Positions 13,507-26,779 of a stretch of DNA of 64,000 nt are shown here, in pieces. This DNA comes from Camelus dromedarius (Eukaryota): assembly GCF_036321535.1 (NCBI RefSeq), contig NC_087437.1:93188001-93252000 (forward strand), in the 5' to 3' direction. Both the position numbers and the translations under genes were made by a program. Under the pieces are notes generated by a model. It saw nothing but the letters and a program-made list of their open reading frames with translations, did not search any database and was not told the origin of the DNA. Positions within the stretch are counted from its first letter, which is position 1. Each line of letters begins with the position of its first letter.

Positions 13507-15520
13507 GGAAAGAGGCATCCTCTGGGAAATCATGATTTGGCCATTGACCTCTATGTGGGGAGGGGTGGCCTATATGCTAAATGTTTGTGGACCACCCTTG
13601 AGTCTGGGTCACCCCATAGACACCAGCTGGTCTAATGCCCGCGTTTGGGGAACTGCACACAGCACACTGCAGCAAAGAAGGGTGACAAGTTCTGGTGCAC
13701 TGGTCTGGCCGTGACTGTGGGCAGGTCAGTGGCTACCAATGTTCAACTAGAGGCCGAAAGGTCCAGTTAGAGAGTTGGAAGAAGAGCTGAGGTCAGAGAA
13801 GGACGTGTGGGCGTTTGCTACTGCTCTGCTTGCTTCAGGACAAGGTGGGGGAGCTGGAGACCTTAGCTTGTCACTTTGCCAAGCCAGGAGGGTGCAGTCT
13901 GCTGAGGATTAAGGTCCAGATGCTTGTGACAAAGCCTGGTTGGGACAGTAGGAGGTGAACCCTGGGAAGGTGAGGGGAGTGAAGAGGAGGATGTTGTGAC
14001 TGACAGTGAAATGGTTGAAGCACCTGTGACATCTGACCCCTGGTACAAAGGAAAGTCAAAGCACCGTGGCCACAACCACAGCCAGCAGGGCAGCCCCAGA
14101 TTCAGGAAACGTTCATGGTGAGAGAATGGACTTCCACTGAGCTTGTTGATACAGCTGCCAAGTTCCAGCAAAAGGCCAGGGAAAGCATCCCGGCAAGGTC
14201 GGTGCAGTTATGGGATACAGTGGGTGATGGCTCTGACCGGGCAGGAGGCAGAGAAAATGAGCAACATCACCACATAGCCTGTTCTCTGGCAGCACCTTCA
14301 TGGCTCTTGGGGGTTTCAAGGTACCTCACTCCCTTATAGATTGAACTATTCTATCCTGCAGGGAAGCTTGACCCCAGCATGGGGGACCCTGGAAATCTAC
14401 AGTGGAGGTAGAACAAACTCTTAGGGAGCTGGGAATGTGATGGGCCATCTATGCCCCTGTCTTTGAAAGGCCCTAACTGAGCCAGTCACTGAGGGAATGG
14501 AAGCTGATATATACCAAATCACTCCCAGCACCTGGTATGGGACGCTGATATCCACGCTGAGCCCAGTTGTGGGGCATTTATGATGCTGGACAATCCATTG
14601 CTGATCTGGAGGGAACTTTCAAATCTTGGGAATGGGGCACAGATTGTGGGAAAGACCCAAGACAGAGAGGGAACTCAAAAAGTCAGAAGGCTACCCCAAT
14701 CAGCAGTGAAGCATCTGGTAACAGTAACCAGGAAGCAAATGTGGCTTGACCTCGTTGCTGCCAGGACCCCACTTGAGAAGACAGACCAACAACCCAAAGC
14801 TGTGTTGGTTGGCTGATGCAAAGCCTTAAAACCTAAACAACGGTTCACACTGGCCCCACCTGGCCCTACCATCCCCAATACCCTGCCTGCTGAGGAATAC
14901 AGCCCTGTTAGCAGTGGCTACCTCCCACACGTAGGTGTAGGCTACAGGCCAAGACTGCCTCCAGATGAGGGCCATTGGAAGCGATGGGAGGCTTCCTGTT
15001 CAGCTCACTCTTCATTGCTCCTAGCCATGTACACAGTGCTCCTCCATGTAGAACCTCTCCGGAAGAAACAGCATACCATGGTAAGAACTTCTCTTCCTAT
15101 CAAGGGGTGGGTTGAAAATGTGTTAGGTCCACCATCCCACACTAGGGGCTGATTCAGAGACATAGCCTTGCGAGAGTAAGATGTTGAGAACATTTGGACT
15201 GAATAGGTGACTAAACCTAGCTAAGACTTCTGTGTAAACTCAGAATTCTGATGGGTGGGTGCAGAAAGCTACTCTTCTCGCCATCACCCAAGACAAGCCC
15301 TGTAAGTTCCCTTGCTTATCAGAACTGCCACCTACCAATCTGGAGTGGTCTCCCTCCTTCTTCAGACTCTTCTTGCCTTTTGTGTATGGGAGCCAATTTC
15401 CGATTTCACCCTGAAAATTCCCGAGGTTGCGAAGAAACAATGTTGATCACTTCCCATGTGCTCAGTGGTTAGTTTCCAGGAAGGGCTGTTGGGAAGACAG
15501 GCACACAGTTATCTACTACA

Positions 15521-15635
15521 TCAATCCAATTTTATGGATGAGGAAACTGAGACTTTCAGATATCAGGCAGTTTATCCAAGACAGTATCTCTAGCAATTGA
15601 CCAGTCAAGAACTTCAGGTCTTTTGACACCACGTC
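15521..15635 (-). mobile_element. MIR fragment
   Basis: ttttatggatgaggaaactgagact...ttatccaagacag antisense MIR core. Confidence 0.75.
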
Positions 15636-17177
15636 TTGTTTTTTCAAATCTTTTCCCGGAGTTTTCTCTTCTCTGACCTGCACTACTCCAGTTTTTCGCT
15701 GGGTATAACCTTTCAATTACACTTTTCTGCGGGTGTTCCATTTATAATATTTTGGTACTCAGAATTTAGCAAAATTACCTTACAGAGTAAAGAAAACAGT
15801 CAAAATATTCCCCTTAAAGCTATTATTCTAATGTTATTGTTCAATTCAGTCACATTAGTCATTTTGGACATCTCTGCAATAATCTAAAACCTCTTATATC
15901 TTCACCTGAAAAGATCTATTAAGTGGGACTCCCTAATCTTCTGTTAAAAAGATAAATCTCTTTGATGTTTTATGTTTTAGGTTTGACCTACGTTTTCTTT
16001 TTGGTTTCTCAAAAATTTTGAAAACCTTATTCTGTGGATCACTGTGTGTCAATAACATTTCTCTGAAACATCTGGGTATGTGTTCTGATGAATTTTTATG
16101 CTACCTCTGAGTAGGCAATTCCATCTAGCTATCAGTATTTTAAGTTTTGTGTGTAAAACTAGAATGATTCTAAAAAGACGCTCAATTTCCCTCTTATCCT
16201 CCTGCTCTGATTCTGCCCTTTGGAGCCGTGAAGAAAAAGAGATTGTACTGAAATACATGAGTCAGAAAAGTGGGGTTTGACTCTATTTTTAAAGACTCCT
16301 TTGGTTCCTAATGAAACCACACAAAGCTGGTTTGGTAAAATTAAGGACTTCTTAGTTCACGTAAATGTAAACTCGAAGGGCAGGACAGACTCAGGCATGG
16401 TTGGACCACTGTGCTCAGGGGGTACCCTCCTGGCATCTCTCTTCACCTGTTCTACTTCTCTGTGAATTGACTTAATTCTCAGGCAGGTGTTCTCCATGTT
16501 GTAGGATTTTAGGAGCCCCTAGTGGAAGTCATTTGCATTTTTCACCATCCAAAATTAAGAGAAAATCCGTGCACATTTGAAAAGCATTTACAGAGCCAAT
16601 CTCAAGGTTTTGTGTTGAAAACAAGGAAGTCTATTGCATGAAAAGAATGTGGCACTGAGTTGTAAGAATTTTGTGAAAGGACACCCAGCTTGTGACTGGG
16701 AGAGCCGAGCCGAAGCCAGGGCTTCACCTCTATACCTCATTTTCAGTTTAACATGCACAATCTAGGTCAAAATGTTTCACAAGAGCTATAACAATTCCCA
16801 GTCTTTGTGTTTCTTGGATGATACACATATCTCAACCATAAACTTACTTACACTTAAAATTTTCTTTCACTTACAATTATATCTTTATCTGTTTGGGCTC
16901 TTTTTACATTTCTATGATCACAAATTTTTCTTTGTATTGAAGTCTTCTAAGTTAAATATACTATTTACTGTCCATAAGTCATAATTTAATGTACTTGGAC
17001 TTCATATATGAAGGTATATCTTGCTTCTGTCACATTTTAAGAGATGTGTTCACTCTCAGTTAATATTTACATAAATAAGAATTAAAAACCTACCTCCTTG
17101 ATTTAGCTCTAAAGTGATTTACCTTCAAAATACAATTACAAAAGATACTACCTTAGTTTATCAAAAGGACAAAAAAA

Positions 17178-17725
17178 GTATTAGCTAAGATTTCGTTGAC
17201 ACTGAGTGTTTAAAATGCAACTCGAACAAGCTGAAGTGAAATGGGAACTTATCGAGTGGCTTCTAGGCTGTCTCACAGACTGGGAAGATCAGAAGACAGC
17301 CCAGCCTGGAGTCGGGGGCTGAATGCCCTTAGAACTCTCTCCCCCAGTTCAGGCTCCTCCAATCCAAACCAAAAGTCGTTGCCTCTAATTCACAGACTTT
17401 ATATCTTTGTATAAAGCCAGTAAAGAGAGATTTGTTTCCCTGTTTCTAGTTTTATGATCTTTAGAAAAAGACTCTTATTGGTTCACCTTGGATCAGGGAC
17501 TCATTCTAGTGACCAGAAGTTGGAATTTGAAAAGCGCTTGGTCCTGGCTTTTGTCAGATGTTTCTGTCAGTTGGGTCAGATGCTCGGTTATTGTCCGTAG
17601 CCAGTATTACATCATGCTAAATATTGTCCCCATGGTTACTACGTGTGTGGGGAAGAGCTACCTTTCAGAAAGGGGTTCTACAACATCCAGCATGCCAAGT
17701 AGTATGTTTCCTCAGAGCCAGTGAT
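17178..17725 (-). mobile_element. MaLR LTR (MLT1J-like)
   Basis: Antisense MLT1 features (gtattagctaag...actcgaacaagct...aaagactcttattggttcaccttggatcagg); boundaries approximate. Confidence 0.55.
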
Positions 17726-18485
17726 AGTTTTAAGACATTAGTTCAAGTCCTTGTTGAAAATTTAACATATGTATCCTAGCTATGACTGGATTTTATATTT
17801 CAGCATTCTTGCTAATAAAGTTACATGCAAAGCAGACTTGTCCTTTTTAGTGCCACTTGCATGTATTTTAATTATCAACTGTCTTATTAGTTTTATTTCT
17901 GTTTATCCCATGACAACTCTTGAATATAGTTGACATTAAAAATTTTTTTGACTAAAGGAAGAGCAGTGATTATAGAATCAAACAGATGAGAATCACAAAA
18001 GACCACAAAACGTTACATGCTTTGGAAAGTGGTTCTGTTGGCTATTTGTGTTGTAAAAGGCATACTTCAGATTCTAATGACAAACACATATTTTGTACTT
18101 CATATTTCTCAAAGGACTTTTTTTTTGTTATTCTGTCAGATTTCTGAAATTCTTAAAAGAAAAGCTGTAACTAATCTTTTTAATTAAAGAAATGGTTGAC
18201 TTTAGAAACCACTTGAAGTCATTTATCAACTAAAACTTTTCCAGAACATCCTCTATACCAAAAAGACTGCTAAAAGACACTAGTACACTGTCTTGATACA
18301 ATTAGGTTATCTCAAGAGGATTAAATTTTAGAAAAAATATATAATTCTCTTTTTTTCATGCATTGTTCCATAAGAGCACAAATACCTCTGAGTAGCTTAT
18401 TAACAGAAAATCATTTCAATAGGTGGATTAGACAGAATTGCTAAGAAACTCTGAAGTCAGGCCAGTTGTAAAAATTTACTAAAGT

Positions 18486-18503
18486 CTGCCATCTAGAGGT
18501 CTA
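18486..18503 (-). promoter_or_regulatory. CTCF motif
   Basis: ctgccatctagaggtcta; reverse complement TAGACCTCTAGATGGCAG fits the CTCF core CCxCTAGATGGC; in non-repeat DNA. Confidence 0.65.
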
Positions 18504-20344
18504 CAGGGGTATATTTTGGAAAGTATTTTCAGACACATTTTCTATAATCTAAAGCCCTGATATTTATATGTTTAGTATATTCAATAAAATGAAGACTCAA
18601 GTAAATAAGGGGTAAATGAAATTCATTTATTACTGAATCCACACAGTATATTTTAAATTTTGGACTTTTAGTTTTAAATAAAAGCAAGTTTGCTGCTTCT
18701 TTTCACGTACACAATCATTCTGATAGTTAAATTATATGAAGCCTTTTAGGCAAGACTGTTTACAAATTTCTTCACACTATATGAGAAAAAGGAAAACAAT
18801 ACATTACAGGTTGGTAAAGGTACCATAGTGTATGTAATGATTAACATTTTCTTGACTAAAAAGATTGTCTTCGGGTTATTTGTATTCCTGGTGAGCACTG
18901 CTGTTTGAAGGGTAGAAAAAAAGTTGTTCGTGTTAAATCATTTTAAGAGTATGGAAAGCAAAATTCCCTGATAATAAAAGAAAAAGGCATCATTCTAAAA
19001 CTAAGTGTTAAGGCCAGGTACTACGTCATTAGGTGTGTGTGTTAACGCGAATTTGTGAATTTGGGGTACTTTAAGAAGTAATTGTAATGCATAGGTTATT
19101 GCTTCAGGTGCTCTGTTAGATTTACACAGTGGAGTCACTTACCAAGATTGCACTTGTGTTTCATGAATGTTCTACAGTTGTCAGCTTATCAGTGCCAAAA
19201 CAGAGGATAATGAGCTTTAAGATGTAGGTTATTGGCCCAGAATAGAACCTACATCTAATGAAAACTTTCCAATCAGCTGAGCTGCAGGTTGGGAACTTTC
19301 AATTCTCACTACGTCACGGGATGCTGGTTTTGGCAGTAAGAGAAACAAGAATGTTACGGTTGCTGCCACTAATGCTTTACTTTGTCAGGAGGAGATGAGC
19401 ATCCCATGTGATCCAGCCAAATACATTCAATTTTTTAATAGCACTAGAAAACACTGAAAGAGCTTTCTTTAGTTTTTTTTAAAAAAATTTTGATGCCATA
19501 CCAATATTAGATAATTCTGTTTTTTGTTTTTTTGCTTTTTTCAATTTAAGAGACCTTCTAGTTTAAGATGTAAAATCAACATTTGGGGTAGGTTATCACT
19601 TCTAATGTATTCGTTTACAACTGCTTTTGGAATGTTAAGATTTATCCTGGTGTCAGACTTCCTAAATGGGGAAAATAGTGTTTCCTAAAAATGAGAAGCT
19701 GCTATAATAAAAATGGCTTTATCGAGTAGATGTACTACTCACCTCTGTAATTAAGTATCTCAGTTATGATATAATTACTCGGTGTCCTTACACTGACCTC
19801 CATGAAAAGAGTGTCTAAATATTACGTTATAGTTTTAGCATTTGTCTTTTAAAACAGTGCAGTTCCTGTGAAATGCAGTGCATTACAGTGATAAACTATC
19901 CAAGACAATTTGCCTGCAAAAGGTTATGCCAGCAGCAGTGAGGTTCCTCCGCCTCATTCCAGAGAACTTTTTTTATCTTGAAATTGACTTAAAAACAGTA
20001 ATAAGATTGAAAGTCATCTCAATCTCTGTGCTCATCAGTGTTTGAGGACTACATAAACTGTGGCTACCTAAGGCAGAATGTTCATTATGCACCATTCACA
20101 GCCCGGTAATGATAGCTAACACTTTATGTTAACAGTACCAAGAACTGATTACAAGAAAAGCTGGTTTGCAGTGTCGCCTGAAGGAGGGACACCTTTTGAA
20201 CCTAAAGCCACTCCACGGACCAGGGTCCAAGCATGCCGTTTATCATAGAGGAGTTCTTGTTTACTGGTAAGTTGATAAGCAGAAGGTCCTTTGGGATCTT
20301 CCCGACCCCAAGAGCACATCTTACTTCTGTGATTATAATTGTGA

Positions 20345-20367
20345 GTGTGTGTGTGTGTGTGTGTGTG
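20345..20367. repeat. (GT)n microsatellite
   Basis: Directly visible. Confidence 0.95.
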
Positions 20368-20569
20368 CACGCATGTGAGTATTTGTTAACCGTGATGCTG
20401 TGCTCTGTCTTCAAAGATGGCATTTCATAGGCTTATAAATTCAAATTGTCACCTTATTGAGGCAAGGCAATTTATTTTCTTTAAAAAATAGAAACCACTA
20501 ATGTAAGTCTCATGCACTTAGGTGCCCATGTGTCTCATATATTTAACTCCTTTAAAGATTTTTCTCAGC

Positions 20570-20770
20570 CTGGCATAATGGTCAATCTTATGGCTCTGGA
20601 ACTGGACCACTTGAGTTCACATCCCAGCTTCCTGCCTAGCTCTGTAACTTTGGGCAATTTACCTAAAACCTTTCTGTGACGATGCAGATTGTATATACCT
20701 TTTAGGACTATTGTGAGAAAAGAATGAAACACGATAAGAGTTCAATAAATATTCACTTTTAGGATGATGT
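20570..20770 (+). mobile_element. MIR SINE (degraded)
   Basis: ggctctggaactggaccacttgagttcacatcccagct...tgtaactttgggcaatttacctaa. Confidence 0.75.
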
Positions 20771-21029
20771 TTAATCACTGGTCAATAGTCTTGAAACCTA
20801 CCTGTGTAGTTTATTTCCCCCGGTCAACAAAATCTTCATTACTCTTTCTGACAAGAGACTCTTAGGTAAGAATCAACACCTGGATTTTACAAGCAGTTAT
20901 TAAGTGTAAGAGGCAAGCTGAGTTTCGATTTGACAGTATTTCACAGTCATTTTTAAGATGCATGATTTTCTAAAGAACTAAATATACACTCTTGAGTAAG
21001 GAACATACTATTGAAGAATAATGAAAGGT

Positions 21030-21200
21030 CGTGTGGTGGTAAAAATGGGCATTAGTGTCATACCTGAGTTACAATTACAGGTCTGATACTTGTCAACATC
21101 TTTAGGTCTTACACCCCTCGACTGTAACTTAGGATAATATCATTGCCTTAGTTAGGGTTGTTATGAGGCTTAACAGAGATAAATAATTAAATCTTGTAAG
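21030..21200 (+). mobile_element. MIR SINE (degraded)
   Basis: gtgtggtggtaaaa...cctgagttac...agggttgttatgaggcttaacagagataa. Confidence 0.6.
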
Positions 21201-21542
21201 TAAGAGCTAATAGAGAGAAAGGGCAGCCTGGCCGGTGTTGGCTAGACGTGGGACTAGTGCTCTGACTTTCCCTTAACAATTCAGAGTCTGTTTTTCTCCC
21301 TCTCTGTCTGTGCAAACTATTCCCTGTTGCCCTCCTTACTTACTTTTTCCTTCACTAAATTCTCCTCTTGCTCTGAATTTCGGTTGCCTCTTCCCTTCCC
21401 CTTTTCTCCTGCTGTTATTTTTCACTAAAGCCCAAGTAGCATTTTGATGAAAGTATTTTTCCGAGGTTACTGAAAAGAGATTCATGTTTAAAATTGCTCA
21501 TGAAGTAGAAATAACATGGCTAGAATATATTGTTTTGAATAA

Positions 21543-21546
<4 letters not shown>

Positions 21547-21588
<42 letters not shown>
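21547..21588. repeat. (GT)n microsatellite
   Basis: Directly visible, about 21 units. Confidence 0.95.
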
Positions 21589-21589
<1 letters not shown>

Positions 21590-21590
<1 letters not shown>

Positions 21591-21892
21591 TTTCTGTAAA
21601 GGGCCAGATAGTAAATATTTTAGATTTTGTGGACATACGGTTTCTGTTGTAAGTATTCAACTCTGCTTTGCAGTGTGAAACCAGACAATACATAATAGAC
21701 AAAGGAACATGGCTCTGTTCCAATAAAACTTTAACTATAGACACTAAAATTTGAATTTTTATATATAAAATATTCCTCTTTTGATTTTTTTCTAACTGTT
21801 TAAAAATGCAGAAACCATGTTTAGACCATGTTGTATGAAAACAAGGTAATTAGCCCAGATTTGGTCCATGGGCCGTAATTTACAGACCCTTG
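21590..21892. mobile_element. MER58B-like hAT-Charlie MITE
   Basis: ttttctgtaaagggccagatagtaaatatttt...tgttccaataaaacttta...gatttggtccatgggccgtaattt...gacccttg. Confidence 0.9.
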
Positions 21893-21959
21893 ATTTAAGC
21901 TATGGGATTCATGCTGATGTTAAGGCCTTATATATTCAAACCTCTAGCTAATTAAAATA

Positions 21960-22400
21960 GATTAGAAGAGACTAAATATTGGCTTGAGTGGGAAGAGATT
22001 ATGGAAGACTTGGAATAACAAGAAGAGGCATTTAGATAAATGATGCTGTCAATAGATTGCTTTATTTATTCTTAAGCAGAAGAATAAAGGGATAAAAATC
22101 GTATTTGAAGAAGAGTCATCTGAAAGTACTGTGCAGTGTGGACAGCAAAAGGAAACAGGAGTTGAAGTGAATCCTTAGCACACTCTTGTCCAGGTGTCAT
22201 CTAAGGAGGTCCTTGACTTGGTGGGTGGCTTTGAGATTGTGAAGGAGAGGAAAAAGGAATAATCCACGAAACTCGATGAACAACTGGATTTAAGGCCAAA
22301 ATGGAGGAGACAGCTAAACAAGGTGGCAATTTTATTAAAGTTAGTAACTGGGATAAAACAAGAAAGTGAAAATGGTATACAGAAGTCATCATTCGAATTA
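21960..22400 (-). mobile_element. L2 fragment
   Basis: Purine-rich antisense L2-like sequence (taagcagaagaataaaggg...gtgcagtgtggac). Confidence 0.45.
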
Positions 22401-24234
22401 CGTATCTTTTTCTAAAGACTGAGTACAGTAGGGTGTCTAGCTGTTCCAGAGAGATTCACAAGAGAAAACCTTGTGAGGATTTTTCTTCTTGTTTTTTTTC
22501 AAATAGTTTAATCTGTTATTTTAGTTTTTATGCTGTAAGCCACTAAATTAGTAAGTCTGCTAATGAATGTGGACTAAATAGGACCATTAAATAGCCTGTA
22601 TGTGAGTAAAGTAAGAAAGTTTCTCCTAAAAATCCCACAGATAATGACTGAAGTCATTGTGGTTTAATAAAGTACAGAGTATATAAACACATTTGTTCTT
22701 CTTTGTTCTGTTAGTATATAATGGAAGAAAAATGGCTTTGTTCAGTCCCATTTTTTCTGGACATTTTCACAACATAATATTCAAGGATGTGCATTCCAAG
22801 TAAAAATATTTGTCAGTACCCTGAATCACTGAGAATTAAATAACTCAACATTTTCAATAGAAAACTCAATTTTCAAACTATCATATCTCATTCTTTTCCA
22901 GAGACATGCTACCCAACTCATAGCTCCCTTATGTGGACTTTTTATTCATCAACTGGGAGAAGTGTTGTGCCTCTAAGAAGTAAGCACAGAATAGGACCTT
23001 AGGGCTATGAAGTTCTAACTTCTTATTTTTCTCAATAAAAAACTGTCCTTTTAAATAAATTATTCCCCTAAGCACAGACTGAGTTTAAATAACACATTTG
23101 GTGATTTCCCAGAAGTTGAGTGATATTATGTGACAAGGTAAATGTATTAGTTTCTGTAGGGTAGTTGACGAATGTGCATGTGAGAAGTTAGGTTTGGTCC
23201 TCGTGGGTAGTCTTTTTTGTAATTTGAATCATGACCTCTCATTTCCTTTTTTAAAATGAGAAGCAAAAACATCTGCTCTGTTTCAAAGTAACAAAATGAT
23301 ATCTATCTATATAAGCAGTTAGTAGGCAACATCTTTAAGCTACATCCCTGTGTCTTTGAGATACACAGTCTGCAGCTAGCACGGCAAAGAGCCTTCCAGC
23401 TCATGCAGGTGAGGTTGGTAGCAGGTCAGTTGACTGAAAAAGTTGGTTGCAGTGAGGAATCACAGATGATCTGTTATATGCATGCATTAAAGGTTTTCTA
23501 TTAACCTGAACCTACATGTTTGTTAACTATGTTTTTAAATATAAGACCAAAGCTATTTTTTGCTTTTTTTTTTTTTTAAGGGTGGGCCCAGCAATTGGAG
23601 TTCATCTTCCCAGAATAAATCATACACATAGTGAATCTTGTATGAAAACCGGTTTTGTTTCCTTTTTTAAGTAGGCAAGAACTTAAAAGACCATTACGAA
23701 GTAATCTAACCTAAGCAGAGACGTTTAAGACATTTAAAATTTTTCTTATTCTTTAAACAATGGTTTCAAGTTGTGTCTCCTAAACTAATTCAGCCCTATG
23801 GGTAACCTATTTTTACTGACTCTTAACAAAGCATTCAACTTAGTTTTCACAGAAGCAGCATCAAAGACAGACTTTCACAACCACATTTAATCAGCCTAAG
23901 CAATAGTTAGTTGAATTACATAATTATAATCTTAAGCATAACTTTTATAAAGTGTTTGGGAGCAAATCCAGATTGTACTCTTGATAAACACAAAAACAAA
24001 AACATAGAAACCTTCTACCAGTGGAAGGAAAGGTATTAGTGCATATAAGAGAGATCCTATTTTTGAGCATCCAGCATGCTATGGACATTGGCTATAATAT
24101 TTCATAGCACAAATAAGGAATGCTGCTTAATATGGTGAGATATTTAAGTGGTAGTTGTATGGCATATATATTGTATTTTTAAAGTTGCTCTCTTAATTTT
24201 TTTACGAAATTTTGAAGTATCTAAAGAAAGCCCT

Positions 24235-24370
24235 TCCAGGTTTTTAGCTCTTAAGAGTAAGGGATGGCTCTTATTCACGATTATATGACCAGTGACTACC
24301 ACAGTGCCTGACTATTATAAGCATTCAATCAATATTTGAACGGATAAATGAGTGGATGGTTGAATGACTA
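24235..24370 (+). mobile_element. L2 3' end
   Basis: cacagtgcctgact...gcattcaatcaatatttgaacggataaatgagtggatggttgaatga. Confidence 0.7.
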
Positions 24371-25660
24371 TCTACTCCAATGGGGAAAAGGATAATATGC
24401 TGACTTCTTCATGGTTTCACAAAACATGAGTCTCGATTACTAAATTAATTCCACCATAAAAATGTGCTCACCTTCATATTACTATGGGAAATGTTTTGCT
24501 TATTTACATAATAATATAGAAAGAAAGTCCACCTTCAGTATGAATTTATTGTCCATCTTAAACTAGCTCAGCTAACAAGATCCTACAATTTGCAATTTGA
24601 CTTCTACTCTCAACAGAAGTGAAATAATTACAAACTGAATCAAGCAGATTCCCAGGGTAGCTGGTCACCTGTTTTCATGTATTCACTTTTTACACTCCTA
24701 CCCTTGCAACCCATACACAGTTTCTAAAATGCAAAACATTCAGGCTACCTGCAGGCTAAATTACCTCTGGGTAGCCTGGTTCCCCTCCTACTGCATTTTC
24801 TAAGTACATCCATTTTCCCTCATAAAAATAGTAACTACTGATTCCAAAATAGCATGAGGGCTTCTTATGCCTGTATCAAGACTGATTTCCCACTGTAGTT
24901 TAATTGTGATAGTTCATGTAAATCTTCTAACTCTTAGAAATGTTAATAATGGTAGGCTTGAAAAAAATTCATATTATAAAGTCCTAAGTACAAAATCTTC
25001 ATCTAATGCACTGCTAAAATAATATCACTATGTGCAAATCACAGTAATATATTGAAATTGCTTTGAATAAACACTTTCTTTTCACCTCTCATAAAACTAT
25101 GGCTATATCATATTACTTTTTATATACTGTTCTGTGATATGACGTTCTTAGATGTAAGTGTATCCTGTACGGGAAGAAAAATTCCTTCTGATAAAATGAC
25201 TTCCATTCTGCCTCCAAATCATTTCTCCAGTAGCTCTTTCTCAGTTTTTCTCGGTCTCCCACCTTTCCTTTTGATTATTTTGTTCTCCAGGGAATCCTCT
25301 GACAATAAGCTCTCCTAGTTCTCTTTCTAATTTTTCTCAATTTTCTGTATTCTCATGTTCTTTCTGTCCCGCAGATTGTTGTTCTTTGGACTTTCTTAAT
25401 TAGGACTTCTTATCTTTTTTTTATACACAGTTACCACTATGTGGACAACTCTCAATTCTTTGTCTAATTAATTCTGGTCCTATATATGCAAACATTGGCC
25501 AGAACTTTCACTTGGCTATTCAGTTGTCATCAAAACTAAAATCACCATATTTATTCCCTTCTCAAACAACTTAAACCACCTCCTTATTCAGGGGCTCCAT
25601 GTTTCTGTGATCTTTCTACCCAATCATTTAAACTTAAATTCTAGAGATCGTCTTGGCTTC

Positions 25661-25683
25661 TAAATAGGTTCTAGAACTAAGTC

Positions 25684-25716
<33 letters not shown>

Positions 25717-26511
25717 GTGGATGGGGGGGGGGAGGGTTCCCACACAGCATGACTAATTCTCCAGACGTCAGCTGAGTGTCCTGCACTTTAACTCAGTTCT
25801 GAGACTATCTACCCAGAGGTAGCATAATATGCCACAGGTTGAGAGTTCAGTCTCTCAAAACTGCACTCCCCACACACTTCCCCCTCTTCAGATGCTGGTA
25901 GAAAGCCTAGGGGCTTCTAACTCTCTGATTGTTGATTGGAGGTTCCCATGACCTCCTCATTGGGTTATATTGATTTGCCTGAGCAGCTCACAGAACTCAG
26001 AGAAGCATTTTAATTACTGGATTACCAGTTTATTATGAAAATATGTAACTCAGGAATAGCCAAATGGAAGAGAGGCGTAGGGCAATGTGTGGGGAAAGGG
26101 CATGAAGCTTCTATACTCTCTGAGTGTGCCACTCTCCCTGGTTTCCATGTGTTCACCAACGCAGAAGCTCTCTGACTCTTCTTTTGGATTTTTGGAGGCT
26201 TCATTGAGTAGGCATGATTGATCACATCACTGGCCATTGGTGCTTGAACTCAATCTCCAGGAGTTCTCCCCTTTCCAGAGGTCAGGGGAGGCAGAAGACT
26301 GAAAATTCCAAGCCTCTAGTTGGACATGGTTGGTTCTCCTGTCAGTCTGCCCCCATCCTACATGAGGGTCCAAAAATCACCTCATTAACATAACAAAAGA
26401 TATATTTTCTACTCTCATCACTTAGGATATTCCAGGAGTTTTAGGAGCTCTGTGCCAGAAATGGGGACAAAGTCCAAGTATTTAATTCTTATTATAAATC
26501 ACAATACCACA
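25661..26511 (-). mobile_element. MER21-like solo LTR inserted in an L2; contains a (GT)n expansion at 25688-25716
   Basis: Reverse complement begins tgtggtattgtgatttataataag (MER21-type); 5-bp TSD GCTTC at 25656-25660 and 26512-26516; L2-like sequence on both sides. Confidence 0.85.
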
Positions 26512-26779
26512 GCTTCTCATTTTCCCTCATTCTCCATATTCTAGAATGAACATTTTTAGCTTCTATTATGTTCCAGATACCACATAAGATCCTGGAGAAC
26601 TAACTGTTCCTGATTCTAGATGTTCCTGATCTAGAATGTCTTAACTTACTAATGCAAAATGAATAGAAAAAGAACAATTAAGAAGATGGGGGTGGAAATG
26701 AGCAGTCAGTTTAAAATTTGTATTAAACTTTGAAGAAAGAGTAAGATTTTGACAAAGGGCAGAGAGGACAAATCAGACC

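Larger units (their letters stand above)
12581..15439 (+). mobile_element. Provirus A: internally deleted class III (ERVL/ERV-S-like) ERV; LTR resembles the MER54/MER73/MER74/LTR53 group
   Basis: 5' LTR 12581-13005 (tgttgg...), PBS 13008-13025, decayed gag ~13540-14960, pro/pol stub, 5'-truncated 3' LTR ~15125-15439 ending aaaca; 5-bp TSD aggtt/atgtt; colinear with provirus B. Confidence 0.9.
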
